Positions 44,251 through 54,564 of a stretch of DNA of 64,000 nt are shown here, piece by piece. Origin of the DNA: Candidatus Cloacimonadota bacterium (GTDB lineage Bacteria; Cloacimonadota; Cloacimonadia; Cloacimonadales; TCS61); assembly GCA_021735645.1 (NCBI GenBank), contig JAIPGP010000004.1, forward strand, positions 3,225-67,224, in the 5' to 3' direction. Numbering within the stretch: position 1 is the first letter of the stretch; each line of letters starts with the position of its first letter. The notes under the pieces were generated by a model. The model saw only the letters and a list, made by a program, of their open reading frames with translations. It was not told the origin of the DNA and made no database searches. The translations under genes were made by a program, and so were the position numbers.

Positions 44251-47200
44251 TTATTTTACCTGTTTCAGTATTTCCAGTCTCTTCTCGTGAATCCCGGCTT
44301 GGTAGGGTGTGTGACATACAGCAGCTTTCTGCAGCAGTTCTGCCAGAGTTTCTTTTACCGTGCCACCTTGCTCAAGCTTGATATTACTTCTGAAATATTC
44401 AGCATCATGCTCTTCTGACAGAAGTCCCGCTTCCTTAAACACTTTAATCAGTTTCGGGAAATTTTCGGACTGACGTGGATTATTGAATATAAGTGTTCTA
44501 TGACCATCACCAATAGCTGTCCCCTGTATTTCCTGCACTGTTGGCTTGGCAAGCAGAGCGTCTGCATATAATCCATCCAGATGAGTATGCACGCAAACTA
44601 CCCCGGCTGCTTTCTTATATATCTCTTCCGTAGGGTCTTCACCGTAAAGCAGCACAAAATCTCCTGCTTCCACTTCTGCCCTCGTGATCCCTGCAGCCAG
44701 CAGTCCCAATGAATTGCAGAACTTGCTGGTGACATATACTTTGCCTTTCACATCTTTCAGAACAGTATCTGCCAGTTGCCAGATCATCTGACTCACTTTG
44801 CCAGAGACATTATCACGATTATAAATAAACAGTGTATTTTCCGGAAAATCTATACACTGTGGCTTGCATTTTGGAGTAGTAGTATAACATTCCAGAGTGT
44901 GCTCCAACGCTGTTTCCAGCTCGTAATTCACGTGCATATCCGCCAGCTCATTAAACTTGCTGTCCAGATTATTTACCAGCCAGAGCTTTTTACCTTCCCG
45001 CTGCTGTAATCTAAGAACTGTTCTTAGGGTCTGGCTGATTTCACCTACCACATAATATGCTTCGGCTTCTTCAATTGCATCCAGGCTTGCCAGGTCTTCA
45101 ACAGGTAAACTGTCGCTTAAATCAGGAGCCAGAGTGAGACTTTGTAGCTTGGCTTTCATATTATCAGCCACTTCCTGCAGCATCACCACTTCTTCCAGAG
45201 TTGTGGAAGGATGCACGAATATTTTAGCAGCTTTAGCTGTTTTCAATTTCTCTTTGATTAATTGAGGAATACTGCAACTGCACACACTTTGCCACTGGTT
45301 ATCATGATTGATGTATGCACCCTTAATACGCGCTTCATCATCAGTCACCTGCCAGCCAAAACGTCCCTTAAAGCAGAGGTTTCTGCCGTTCCAGGCTTCT
45401 TCGGCTGCTTCTATGGTAGTCACGCGGTCTCCAGTAAGATTGATCTGCACTTCACAACCGGTTCCACACTGTCCGCAGCTCTGAACAACCTTTGTCTCTG
45501 GTGTGTGCGGATTTAGCTTATAATGTACATTTTTGGGCATAAGAGCACCTACGGGACACACAGCAATACACTTGCCGCATTCCTCGCAGCCTGTCAGATT
45601 AAGGCTCTCACCAAATTCAGGGGCTACATAACTCTGGAATCCGCGCCAGATATAGCCCAGCACTCCAGCTCCCTGAACTTCTGCACAAATCCGTACACAA
45701 CGTCCGCATTTCACACAGCGATTGGCATCACGCAGGATAAAGGGATGGGTATGATCAATCGGATGCTTGTTTTTTGCCCCGGCATATGTTTCTGCATCAA
45801 TTTCATATTCTGTGGCATACTTACGCAATGCACAGGTTTCATTTACGTGGCAGCCGCACTCAATACAGCGGTCTGCTTCGGCTCTTGCCTGCTCATGATC
45901 ATAATCATATTCCACTTCTTCCAGATTGCTTCTTCTATATTCTGCTTCCAGCTCCGGCATATTTATGCGGGGAGCTTTTTCATACTGCTCAAACTGCTTA
46001 GGATTGATATCTGCCAGTTTCTTTTCTTTTTTACTGTTAAAGCGTTTCAGCCCACGCATCATCTCACCCTGCAGGTAATGATGAATGCTCTCTGATGCCT
46101 GTCTGCCATCTGCAATAGCTTCTATCGCCGTTGCTGCTCCGCGCCGGAAATCTCCTCCGGCAAACACATTATCTGCCCAGAACATCGTAGCTTCGTCACT
46201 ACCGGCTGTCAGCCAGCGAGTTATGCCCCATTCCTTGCCACCTATCTGGTTCTTATCTTCTGCCAGAAATCCCACTTCCGGTGACTGACTGATTGCTGCT
46301 ATCACTGTATCATAATCTTCTTCAAAGAACTTGCCCGTTGGATTGGGACGACGCCTGCCACTACTATCTGGTTCACCCAGTTCCATTATTTCCAGCTTCA
46401 CGGTCTTCAGTTTGCCATCAATACCAAACATCTCGGCGGGATTAGTGAGAAAATGGAATTTTACTCCCTCTTCCTCGGCGGCATCAACTTCATAAGCCTC
46501 AGCTGGCATTTCTTTACGAGTCCGGCGATAGATCAAGGTTACATCGGTTCCCTGGCGCACAGCAGTACGGGCACAATCTATAGCAGTGTTTCCACCACCT
46601 ACAATTGCCACCTTTTTGCCTAAATCGATGTCTTTGCCTAAAGCAAAATCTTTCAGAAAATCCACTCCCAGCAGTACGCCTTCCAGATCACTGCCTTTGG
46701 TACGCATAGGTACTGCATTCTGAGCGCCTATTGCCATATACACGGCATCATATTCACTGGCAAGTCCTGCTACTGTGATATCTTTACCTATAAAGCTATT
46801 ATATTCTATTTCCATGCCATTTGCACACATATTATCTATTTCCGCATCTAAGATCGCCTTCGGTAGCCGATATTCAGGAATACCATAACGCAGCCAGCCA
46901 CCTGCCTGTGGTGACGCTTCAAAGCATTTCACTTCATATCCCTTATTACTCAGGTAATATCCACAGGTCAAGCCGGAAGGTCCAGCCCCGATTATGGCTA
47001 TCTTTTTACCCTTAGCTGCCTCTCGTGGCGGAATATAGCTGTGATCAAGTCCCAGATCAAAATCTGCGGCATGACGCTTTAGCTGACGTATCGCAACCGG
47101 CTCATCAACTATGCTTCTGCGGCACTCAGCTTCACAAAATGCCGGACACACCCGTCCAATTGATAAAGGCATCGGCAATTTCTCTTTGATCACTTTCACG

Positions 47201-47586
47201 GCTTCTTCATATTGACCATTAGCTATCAGTGATACATAACTCTGGATGTCCACATGATCCGGGCAAGCTACAGAGCACGGTGCTTCACAATCTGCATAAT
47301 GATCACTCAAAAGCAGCTCCAAAGCTGTCTTGCGAGCATCACGCACATCTTCTGTATCAGTCCACACTTTCATGCCGTCATAGATTTCCGTTCCGCAGGC
47401 AGTTACAAAGCCTCTACGACCCTCCACCTGCACAGCACATACCCAGCAACTGCCAAAAGGCTTCAGTTCTTCATCATGACAGAGGGTTGGTATTTCATAT
47501 CCGTGTTCATTAGCCAGTTCCAGAATTGTCTTCCCGGGCTCAGTCTTTATCTCTTTTCCATTTAATGTTATTGTTATCATATCCAC
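44251..47586 (-). CDS. multidomain iron-sulfur flavoprotein: NuoG-type 2Fe-2S N-terminus + GltD/NfnB-like FAD/NAD(P)H module + 4Fe-4S domains + cofactor-less NuoG/Fdh-like C-terminal domain
   Basis: 1111 aa. 2Fe-2S region TLCHDEELKPFGSCWVCAV. GltD-like region CPDHVDIQSYV...GRVCPAFCEAECRR, IAIIGAGPSGLTCG, VAIVGGGNTAIDCA. Two ferredoxin CxxCxxCxxxCP motifs. Mo-bisPGD-type 4Fe-4S cap CGQCGTGCEV...LCFKGRFG. An alternative ATG lies at 47580. Confidence 0.75.
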   Translation of the reverse strand: MDMITITLNGKEIKTEPGKTILELANEHGYEIPTLCHDEELKPFGSCWVCAVQVEGRRGFVTACGTEIYDGMKVWTDTEDVRDARKTALELLLSDHYADCEAPCSVACPDHVDIQSYVSLIANGQYEEAVKVIKEKLPMPLSIGRVCPAFCEAECRRSIVDEPVAIRQLKRHAADFDLGLDHSYIPPREAAKGKKIAIIGAGPSGLTCGYYLSNKGYEVKCFEASPQAGGWLRYGIPEYRLPKAILDAEIDNMCANGMEIEYNSFIGKDITVAGLASEYDAVYMAIGAQNAVPMRTKGSDLEGVLLGVDFLKDFALGKDIDLGKKVAIVGGGNTAIDCARTAVRQGTDVTLIYRRTRKEMPAEAYEVDAAEEEGVKFHFLTNPAEMFGIDGKLKTVKLEIMELGEPDSSGRRRPNPTGKFFEEDYDTVIAAISQSPEVGFLAEDKNQIGGKEWGITRWLTAGSDEATMFWADNVFAGGDFRRGAATAIEAIADGRQASESIHHYLQGEMMRGLKRFNSKKEKKLADINPKQFEQYEKAPRINMPELEAEYRRSNLEEVEYDYDHEQARAEADRCIECGCHVNETCALRKYATEYEIDAETYAGAKNKHPIDHTHPFILRDANRCVKCGRCVRICAEVQGAGVLGYIWRGFQSYVAPEFGESLNLTGCEECGKCIAVCPVGALMPKNVHYKLNPHTPETKVVQSCGQCGTGCEVQINLTGDRVTTIEAAEEAWNGRNLCFKGRFGWQVTDDEARIKGAYINHDNQWQSVCSCSIPQLIKEKLKTAKAAKIFVHPSTTLEEVVMLQEVADNMKAKLQSLTLAPDLSDSLPVEDLASLDAIEEAEAYYVVGEISQTLRTVLRLQQREGKKLWLVNNLDSKFNELADMHVNYELETALEHTLECYTTTPKCKPQCIDFPENTLFIYNRDNVSGKVSQMIWQLADTVLKDVKGKVYVTSKFCNSLGLLAAGITRAEVEAGDFVLLYGEDPTEEIYKKAAGVVCVHTHLDGLYADALLAKPTVQEIQGTAIGDGHRTLIFNNPRQSENFPKLIKVFKEAGLLSEEHDAEYFRSNIKLEQGGTVKETLAELLQKAAVCHTPYQAGIHEKRLEILKQVK

Positions 47587-47590
47587 ACCT

Positions 47591-49354
47591 TTACACCTTT
47601 ACTACTGCGTCAAAGCGGCAGGCTTCGTAGCAGGCACCACACTTGATGCACTTATCCTGATCTATCACATGAACCTGTTTCACCTTACCGGTGATTGCAT
47701 CTGCCGGACATTTGCGAGCACAAGCTGTGCAGCCTACACATTTACCGGCATCAATCGTGTATTTTAGCAGAGCAGTACATACTCCAGCCGGACATTTCTT
47801 GTCCACTATATGAGCAATATATTCTTCCCGGAAATATTTGATAGTTGTCAATACCGGATTCGGAGCACTTTTGCCCAAGCCGCAAAGTGAAGTATCTATG
47901 ATCTGATGAGCCAGTTTGTCCAGCGTATCAATATCTTCCAGAACTCCTTCACCACGCGTGATCCGGTTCAATATCTCCAGCATCCGCTTAGTCCCTATCC
48001 GGCAGAAAGTGCATTTACCGCAGCTTTCATTCTGAGTGAAATTTAAAAAGAACCGGGCGATATCTATCATACAGGTATCGCTATCCATCACTACCATTCC
48101 ACCAGAACCCATGATTGCTCCAGTTTTCAATATTGTCTCATATTCCACAGGAGTATCTAATAGATGTTCCGGTATGCAGCCACCCGATGGCCCACCCAGC
48201 TGAACAGCCTTAAAAGGCTTATCAAATTTCATTCCGCCACCTACACCATAAATCACTTTACGCAGGGGAGTTCCCATCGGCACTTCGATCAATCCACTAT
48301 TTCTGATCTTACCCGCTAAAGCAAATGCTTTGGTACCCGCACAGGTTTCTGTACCATATTTCCGGTATTCAGAAGCTCCATGTAATATTATCCAGGGGAT
48401 ATTTCCATAAGTTTCTACATTATTGTTATTAGTCGGCTTTCCCCAGAGTCCGCTCTTGGCAGGGAAAGGAGGACGCAGATTTGGCATTCCACGCTTACCT
48501 TCAATTGATCCTATCAATGCCGTCTCTTCTCCGCAAACAAATGCTCCGGCTCCTTCCTTGATGTGCAGATCAAAGCAAAAATCACTGCCAAATATATTAT
48601 CTCCTATATAACCACGCTCAGTAGCATCTGCAATCGCCTTCTTTAAATGACGCACTGCCAGTGGATACTCCGCCCGGCAATATACATAGCCTTCGTCAGC
48701 TCCTATTGTATAGGCACAGATCAGCATACCTTCTATCACGCTATGCGGATCACCTTCCAGAATGCCCTTATCCATAAATGCTCCCGGATCACCTTCATCA
48801 GCATTGCAGATCACATATTTTTTGTCACTCTCGTTCTGCCAGGCAAACTGCCATTTGAGCCCGGTACTAAATCCAGCTCCACCACGACCACGCAAACCGG
48901 AATCTTTGATCTCTTTGATCACTTCTTCCGGAGTCATTTCTTTTAATACTTTTTCCAGCGATTTATATCCGTCATTTTCCAAATATTCATCAATACTCTC
49001 AGGATCGATCCTGCCTGCATTTCGCAATACTATTCTCGTCTGGGATGCTTTATTATCATTCTCAGGACAATCATAATCCGGTGATAATATTGCCTTCTCA
49101 AGTAACGGATTATTTTGAAGACAGCTATCTATGATCGGAGCAATATCAGCATCGGTCAATCTGCCGTAGGTGATATTCTTCCCGTCGTCTGTAGTGATCT
49201 CTATTATCGGCTCAGCAAAACACATCCCGATACAGGCTGTCTTCTTCAACTCTATATCAAGTCCCTTAGAACTGATATAATCCTTGATGCCATCATATAT
49301 TGCTCCGGCTCCCGCAGCTAATCCACAACTGGCAAGTCCTACTTTTATTTCCAT
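47591..49354 (-). CDS. NuoF/HydB-like NADH-binding FMN iron-sulfur subunit
   Basis: 587 aa. GRGGAGFSTGLKW, the ESCGKCTFCR N3-cluster motif, and two C-terminal ferredoxin motifs (CVGCTACARKCP, CIKCGACYEAC). Confidence 0.85.
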   Translation of the reverse strand: MEIKVGLASCGLAAGAGAIYDGIKDYISSKGLDIELKKTACIGMCFAEPIIEITTDDGKNITYGRLTDADIAPIIDSCLQNNPLLEKAILSPDYDCPENDNKASQTRIVLRNAGRIDPESIDEYLENDGYKSLEKVLKEMTPEEVIKEIKDSGLRGRGGAGFSTGLKWQFAWQNESDKKYVICNADEGDPGAFMDKGILEGDPHSVIEGMLICAYTIGADEGYVYCRAEYPLAVRHLKKAIADATERGYIGDNIFGSDFCFDLHIKEGAGAFVCGEETALIGSIEGKRGMPNLRPPFPAKSGLWGKPTNNNNVETYGNIPWIILHGASEYRKYGTETCAGTKAFALAGKIRNSGLIEVPMGTPLRKVIYGVGGGMKFDKPFKAVQLGGPSGGCIPEHLLDTPVEYETILKTGAIMGSGGMVVMDSDTCMIDIARFFLNFTQNESCGKCTFCRIGTKRMLEILNRITRGEGVLEDIDTLDKLAHQIIDTSLCGLGKSAPNPVLTTIKYFREEYIAHIVDKKCPAGVCTALLKYTIDAGKCVGCTACARKCPADAITGKVKQVHVIDQDKCIKCGACYEACRFDAVVKV

Positions 49355-49363
49355 AACTTCCCC

Positions 49364-49825
49364 CTATTCATATCTGTCCAGAATTTTACCGACACTGTCA
49401 GGAGTCAGCTTTCCGTGTGTTTCTTCATCTATCATCATCACAGGTGCCAGACTGCAGCATCCCAGACACGCTACTTCCATCACTGTATATTTGCCATCAT
49501 CTGTGGTGTCTTCCAGGTCAGTTAATCCTAAATGACTCTGGATGGCATGAAATATGGTCTCTGCTCCTGATACATGACAGGCTGTGCCCTTGCATACTTT
49601 GATGATATGACGACCCTGTGGCTTCAACCGGAACATGGAATAAAAGGTCGCCACTCCATACATATCCGCAATCTTGATGCCTGTCTGGTCAGAAGCATAT
49701 TGCATTATCTCCCGGCTCAGAAAACCTTCTATGGACTGCAAATCCTGTAAAAGAGGTATCGTCGCGCCCTTCTTACCTTTATATTTCGTGATTATTGCAT
49801 CTATCTCGTTTTTATTTTCCATCAC
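49364..49825 (-). CDS. NuoE/HydC-like 2Fe-2S thioredoxin-fold subunit
   Basis: 153 aa. CKGTACHVSG...ACLGCCSLAPVMMID cysteine pattern. Confidence 0.85.
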   Translation of the reverse strand: MMENKNEIDAIITKYKGKKGATIPLLQDLQSIEGFLSREIMQYASDQTGIKIADMYGVATFYSMFRLKPQGRHIIKVCKGTACHVSGAETIFHAIQSHLGLTDLEDTTDDGKYTVMEVACLGCCSLAPVMMIDEETHGKLTPDSVGKILDRYE

Positions 49826-49862
49826 TTTACCCTATTTTTTATACTCATTAGCTGTTAACAAA

Positions 49863-49898
49863 CATAAGAGATTTACCCAGATAGATAAATCTCTTATG
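49863..49898. promoter_or_regulatory. perfect 13-bp inverted repeat (candidate operator or 5-prime-UTR hairpin) upstream of the nuoE-like operon
   Basis: CATAAGAGATTTA, a 10-nt spacer, then TAAATCTCTTATG. It lies 38-73 nt upstream of the start codon at 49825 and downstream of the gdhA terminator. Confidence 0.4.
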
Positions 49899-49918
49899 TG
49901 ATTAATTATCCATTTCAT

Positions 49919-49950
49919 AAAAAAAAATCAGGTGAGCGAACTCACCTGAT
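49919..49950 (-). terminator. Rho-independent terminator of gdhA
   Basis: Minus strand: ATCAGGTGAG TTCG CTCACCTGAT followed by T9. Confidence 0.85.
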
Positions 49951-49961
49951 TTATTTATAAT

Positions 49962-51329
<1,368 letters not shown>

Positions 51330-51450
51330 TTAATTTACGGCAACAAATGTGAACCGTATATTTGTTGTCAAGCTGCAATAGTTATTTAGCAATAATTTAT
51401 TCTAAACTTAGTACTTTAACTCCAGATTATCACCAAATTTAATCCCAAAA

Positions 51451-51630
51451 CCCACTCTCATTAACCCTCAGATTCATCTGGGAAACGGCATACTCCACCC
51501 TATCTAAACACTAATAGTCGCTTCACCTACTTCCCACTCTCATTAACCCCCAGATTTATCTGGGGGACTGCATACTCCACCACCACCCTATCTAAACACT
51601 AATAGTCGCTTCACCTACTTCCCACTTTCC
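51451..51630. repeat. tandem duplication (82-bp + 88-bp units plus a partial third) upstream of gdhA
   Basis: The units start with CCCACTCTCATTAACCC at 51451 and 51533. A third start, CCCACTTTCC, at 51621 abuts the stop codon of 51630..52886. Each unit has a CCCnCAGATTnATCTGGG hairpin. Confidence 0.9.
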
Positions 51631-52886
51631 TAAAACCCCAAAAACTCCCACCCCTGGAACTGCTCATCTATTAGTATCATCCTGCCACCCAGCTTCCCGG
51701 CTATCTGCTCTGCGGATACTCCATCAATTGTAAACCGCTCACTATTAAAGCTGTTACTGGCAAATACTGCCACCTCATCGTCACCCAATATAAGCTGCTT
51801 CTCAATATCACTCCAGGTTAGCAGTCCCGCCACTGTCACGTCCGCACCAAAATAATCATTGAGTATTGACTGCACTCTCGCCTTCCCCGGTAATTCTGCA
51901 TTGATTTCAGCAACTATCTTCCCGATATACTCTTCTGCCAGCAGCCCTGTCACAAAAACCAGCGTCGGCTCTATTTCCCGGATATCAGCAATAAAAACCT
52001 TTTTCTCTTCTGCCCAGTTCATTAAAAGCATCCGTATCATACCAATCCCGTTCTCCAACTGCTCAAAATCCTCATAATACTCAGCATCAGGGATATCCAC
52101 TCCCGCTTTGATATAGATCTCATCTGAACACCGGGTTCGTCTATACCGCGAAGTAGCTGCCAAAATCTGCCCCGATTCTTCAGCAGTAATCACTCGCAAC
52201 TCCTTGAGACCTTCCCGATACTTTGTAAGTCCGACCGGCACTATCCCGATACTTAGACAATTATAGCCCAGACTGTCCAGATCTGCCAGACTCCGCTCCA
52301 GCTCTACCCCATCATTATAACCGGGCACAACTACTATCTGGGTATGAAAAGAAATGTCGTTTTTATCTAAAAACCGCAGCTTTTCCATGATATTGAACTC
52401 TCGATCATAACGCAGCATCTCTTGATGTAATACCGGATTTGTGGTATGCACAGAAATGTATAAAGGACTCAGATTCTGCTCAATTATCTTGCGGTAATCC
52501 CGATCAGTGAGATTGGTAAGAGTGATAAAATTGCCATAATAAAACGAAAAACAGGTGTCATCATCCTTAATATACAGCGTCTCCCGCAGTCCCGACGGCA
52601 TCTGATCTATAAAACAGAATATACAGTCGTTCACGCATTGCCGGCAGAAATGGTCATCTGCGATTATACCTAACGGTTTCTCCCAGCTATCCTGAACCTT
52701 AAATACCTGCAAACTGCCATCCAGCCGCTCTATCTCAAGTTGCAGTTTCTCGTCACCACTGTAATATTTCAAATCTATAAAATCTATTATTCGATGACCA
52801 TTTATTGATAATACCCGCTCGCCAGGAACCAGTCCCAGGCTCTCTGCCCAACTGCCTTCTGCTACTTCTTTTATTCGTAAAGCCAT
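51630..52886 (-). CDS. PDZ-domain plus DUF512-type (radical-SAM-like) protein
   Basis: 418 aa. N-terminal PDZ-like region (GSWAESLGLVPGERVLSINGH). Cysteine cluster CRQCVNDCIFCFIDQMP. Layout matches the DUF512/TIGR03279-type family as recalled. Confidence 0.7.
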   Translation of the reverse strand: MALRIKEVAEGSWAESLGLVPGERVLSINGHRIIDFIDLKYYSGDEKLQLEIERLDGSLQVFKVQDSWEKPLGIIADDHFCRQCVNDCIFCFIDQMPSGLRETLYIKDDDTCFSFYYGNFITLTNLTDRDYRKIIEQNLSPLYISVHTTNPVLHQEMLRYDREFNIMEKLRFLDKNDISFHTQIVVVPGYNDGVELERSLADLDSLGYNCLSIGIVPVGLTKYREGLKELRVITAEESGQILAATSRYRRTRCSDEIYIKAGVDIPDAEYYEDFEQLENGIGMIRMLLMNWAEEKKVFIADIREIEPTLVFVTGLLAEEYIGKIVAEINAELPGKARVQSILNDYFGADVTVAGLLTWSDIEKQLILGDDEVAVFASNSFNSERFTIDGVSAEQIAGKLGGRMILIDEQFQGWEFLGF

Positions 52887-52888
52887 TG

Positions 52889-53968
52889 CTATTTATCCTC
52901 CTCATTAGCCGGAGCTCGCGGATGACGCTGCTCGGTGGCGATTAATGCTGTAAATAACTTCATTGAATCAAACTGCTTCAAGATTATATTTATGGCGGAC
53001 ATGATAGGAACAGCCAGTACCATCCCGATTGGTCCCCATACCCAATACCAGAATATCAACGATATTAAGATCACCAGCGGTGACATTTTTAGTCTATTAC
53101 CCATAAACCGTGGCTCTATTATATTGCCCATGATCACTTGGGTAATGATCAGCAATCCCGCTACAACAACCAGTACCCAGCCAATTCCATACTGAAAAAA
53201 ACAGACCATGATCGGAAATGCTGTCGCCACTATCGAACCAAAATTCGGGATGTAGTTTAAGATAAATATCAGTAATCCTGCAATTACTGCAAAATCTACT
53301 CCAAAGATGCTCAACCACAATACAGAGATCATGCCAGTTATCAAACTGATTATGGTCTTATTGATAATATATTCCTTAATTGAGTTTTCGATGTCCTGCA
53401 TTGTATCCCGCTTCCGCTTGATATCCCGCTCCGAAAGAACTACCCTCAACCGCTCATTAAGACTTTTACGCTCTGCCAGTAAAAATAATAAAAATATCGT
53501 AGTCAATAACAGCTTGGTGATAAAATCCAAAAAAGTACCCATCGAACTCGCTATCACCTTCGATAACGATAACCGGTCAAATATCTCTACCCAGTTTACT
53601 CGGTTATTGATATAGGAGCGAACCTCCTCCATTGGAATCTCAAAATGCACGATCGCTGACTGAAATACTTCCTGTATCTTTACCTCATACTTAGGAAATT
53701 CTTTGATAAAGGAATTCACACTGGCAAATACCACTGATCCCAAACCAAAAAATACTCCCAGCATAAAGATCACCAGCAGCACATTTATCACCCATCCAGG
53801 CACACGGCGCTTTTCCAGTCCTCGATATACAGGGATAAACATAAATTGTAAAAACACTGCAAATGAGAGGGGTATGAAAATCCCCTTCAATATTTTTATC
53901 ATATAAACTAATATCGATAATACTACGATTATCAAAGATATGTTTATTATCTTATTATTATTCACCAT
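52889..53968 (-). CDS. AI-2E family (PerM/UPF0118) transporter
   Basis: About 8 TM helices. C-terminal block IPNFGSIVA...NIIEPRFMGNRLKMSPLVILISLIFWYWVWGPIGMVLAVP is typical of AI-2E family. The ATG at 53968 is chosen (the track TTG is at 53980). The stop is 2 nt before the next gene start. Confidence 0.85.
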   Translation of the reverse strand: MVNNNKIINISLIIVVLSILVYMIKILKGIFIPLSFAVFLQFMFIPVYRGLEKRRVPGWVINVLLVIFMLGVFFGLGSVVFASVNSFIKEFPKYEVKIQEVFQSAIVHFEIPMEEVRSYINNRVNWVEIFDRLSLSKVIASSMGTFLDFITKLLLTTIFLLFLLAERKSLNERLRVVLSERDIKRKRDTMQDIENSIKEYIINKTIISLITGMISVLWLSIFGVDFAVIAGLLIFILNYIPNFGSIVATAFPIMVCFFQYGIGWVLVVVAGLLIITQVIMGNIIEPRFMGNRLKMSPLVILISLIFWYWVWGPIGMVLAVPIMSAINIILKQFDSMKLFTALIATEQRHPRAPANEEDK

Positions 53969-54120
53969 TCCCCCGCTCAACCATTTATTGTTTCACTTTT
54001 TAACTTCTTCTCCAACCGCGTCAAGTTTTTCCCAATCCAATCTAAGATATCGAGTTAATATGATATTTCTCCCGATATATGATATATCGGGAACAGCCAG
54101 ATATTCCCGGGGAAAAAAAA

Positions 54121-54294
54121 TCAAATCCAGATAGCCTCTGCCTGCTTATCCCAGTTCTGTTTCTGTCTCTCACTCAGCTCCTGCCCACCCTCTCGCTTAG
54201 TGCAGTACAATACGCCTTCCAGTTCGCCATGTTTCTCAAAATGACGCTCCAGATAAGTGACTATATTACCCTCTCGCCATTCAGCAGACATCAT
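54121..54294 (-). CDS. small acidic hypothetical protein (56-57 aa), below the ORF-track length cutoff
   Basis: Own translation: M(M)SAEWREGNIVTYLERHFEKHGELEGVLYCTKREGGQELSERQKQNWDKQAEAIWI*. AGGAGG lies 2 nt and 5 nt upstream of the tandem ATGs. It competes with an opposite-strand hydrophobic track ORF (54079..54315) that has no SD. Confidence 0.4.
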   Translation of the reverse strand: MMSAEWREGNIVTYLERHFEKHGELEGVLYCTKREGGQELSERQKQNWDKQAEAIWI

Positions 54295-54454
54295 TACCTC
54301 CTGTTTTTAATATAAAATAAACATTTAATCTCTATTGCCAACAAATAATTTCCAAAATCCCAAACCTGGGATAGTCTGGGTACAATCTCCCTCAACCACA
54401 AAGTGCCCAAGTTGTAACACAGGGAATGGACAGGGTGGACGTTATGGACATAGA

Positions 54455-54508
54455 GTCTATATTGTCCATAGTGTCTATAATGTCCATAGTGTCTATAATG
54501 TCCATAGC
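54455..54508. repeat. tandem 9-bp array, 6 units (alternating GTCTATAnT / GTCCATAGn, so also 18-bp x3)
   Basis: Read directly. It has the same GTCCATA core as 16670-16705 and is preceded by the inverted copy TATGGACATAG. Confidence 0.95.
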
Positions 54509-54564
54509 ACTTCTTCGCAAAATTTTCTGTTGACTCTCATTAACAAGATAAAGAATTTATCATC

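Noticed and set aside
45523-46095. 190-aa antisense ORF inside the Fe-S flavoprotein gene
   Set aside because: The opposite strand encodes unmistakable GltD/ferredoxin motifs. The antisense translation has no features.
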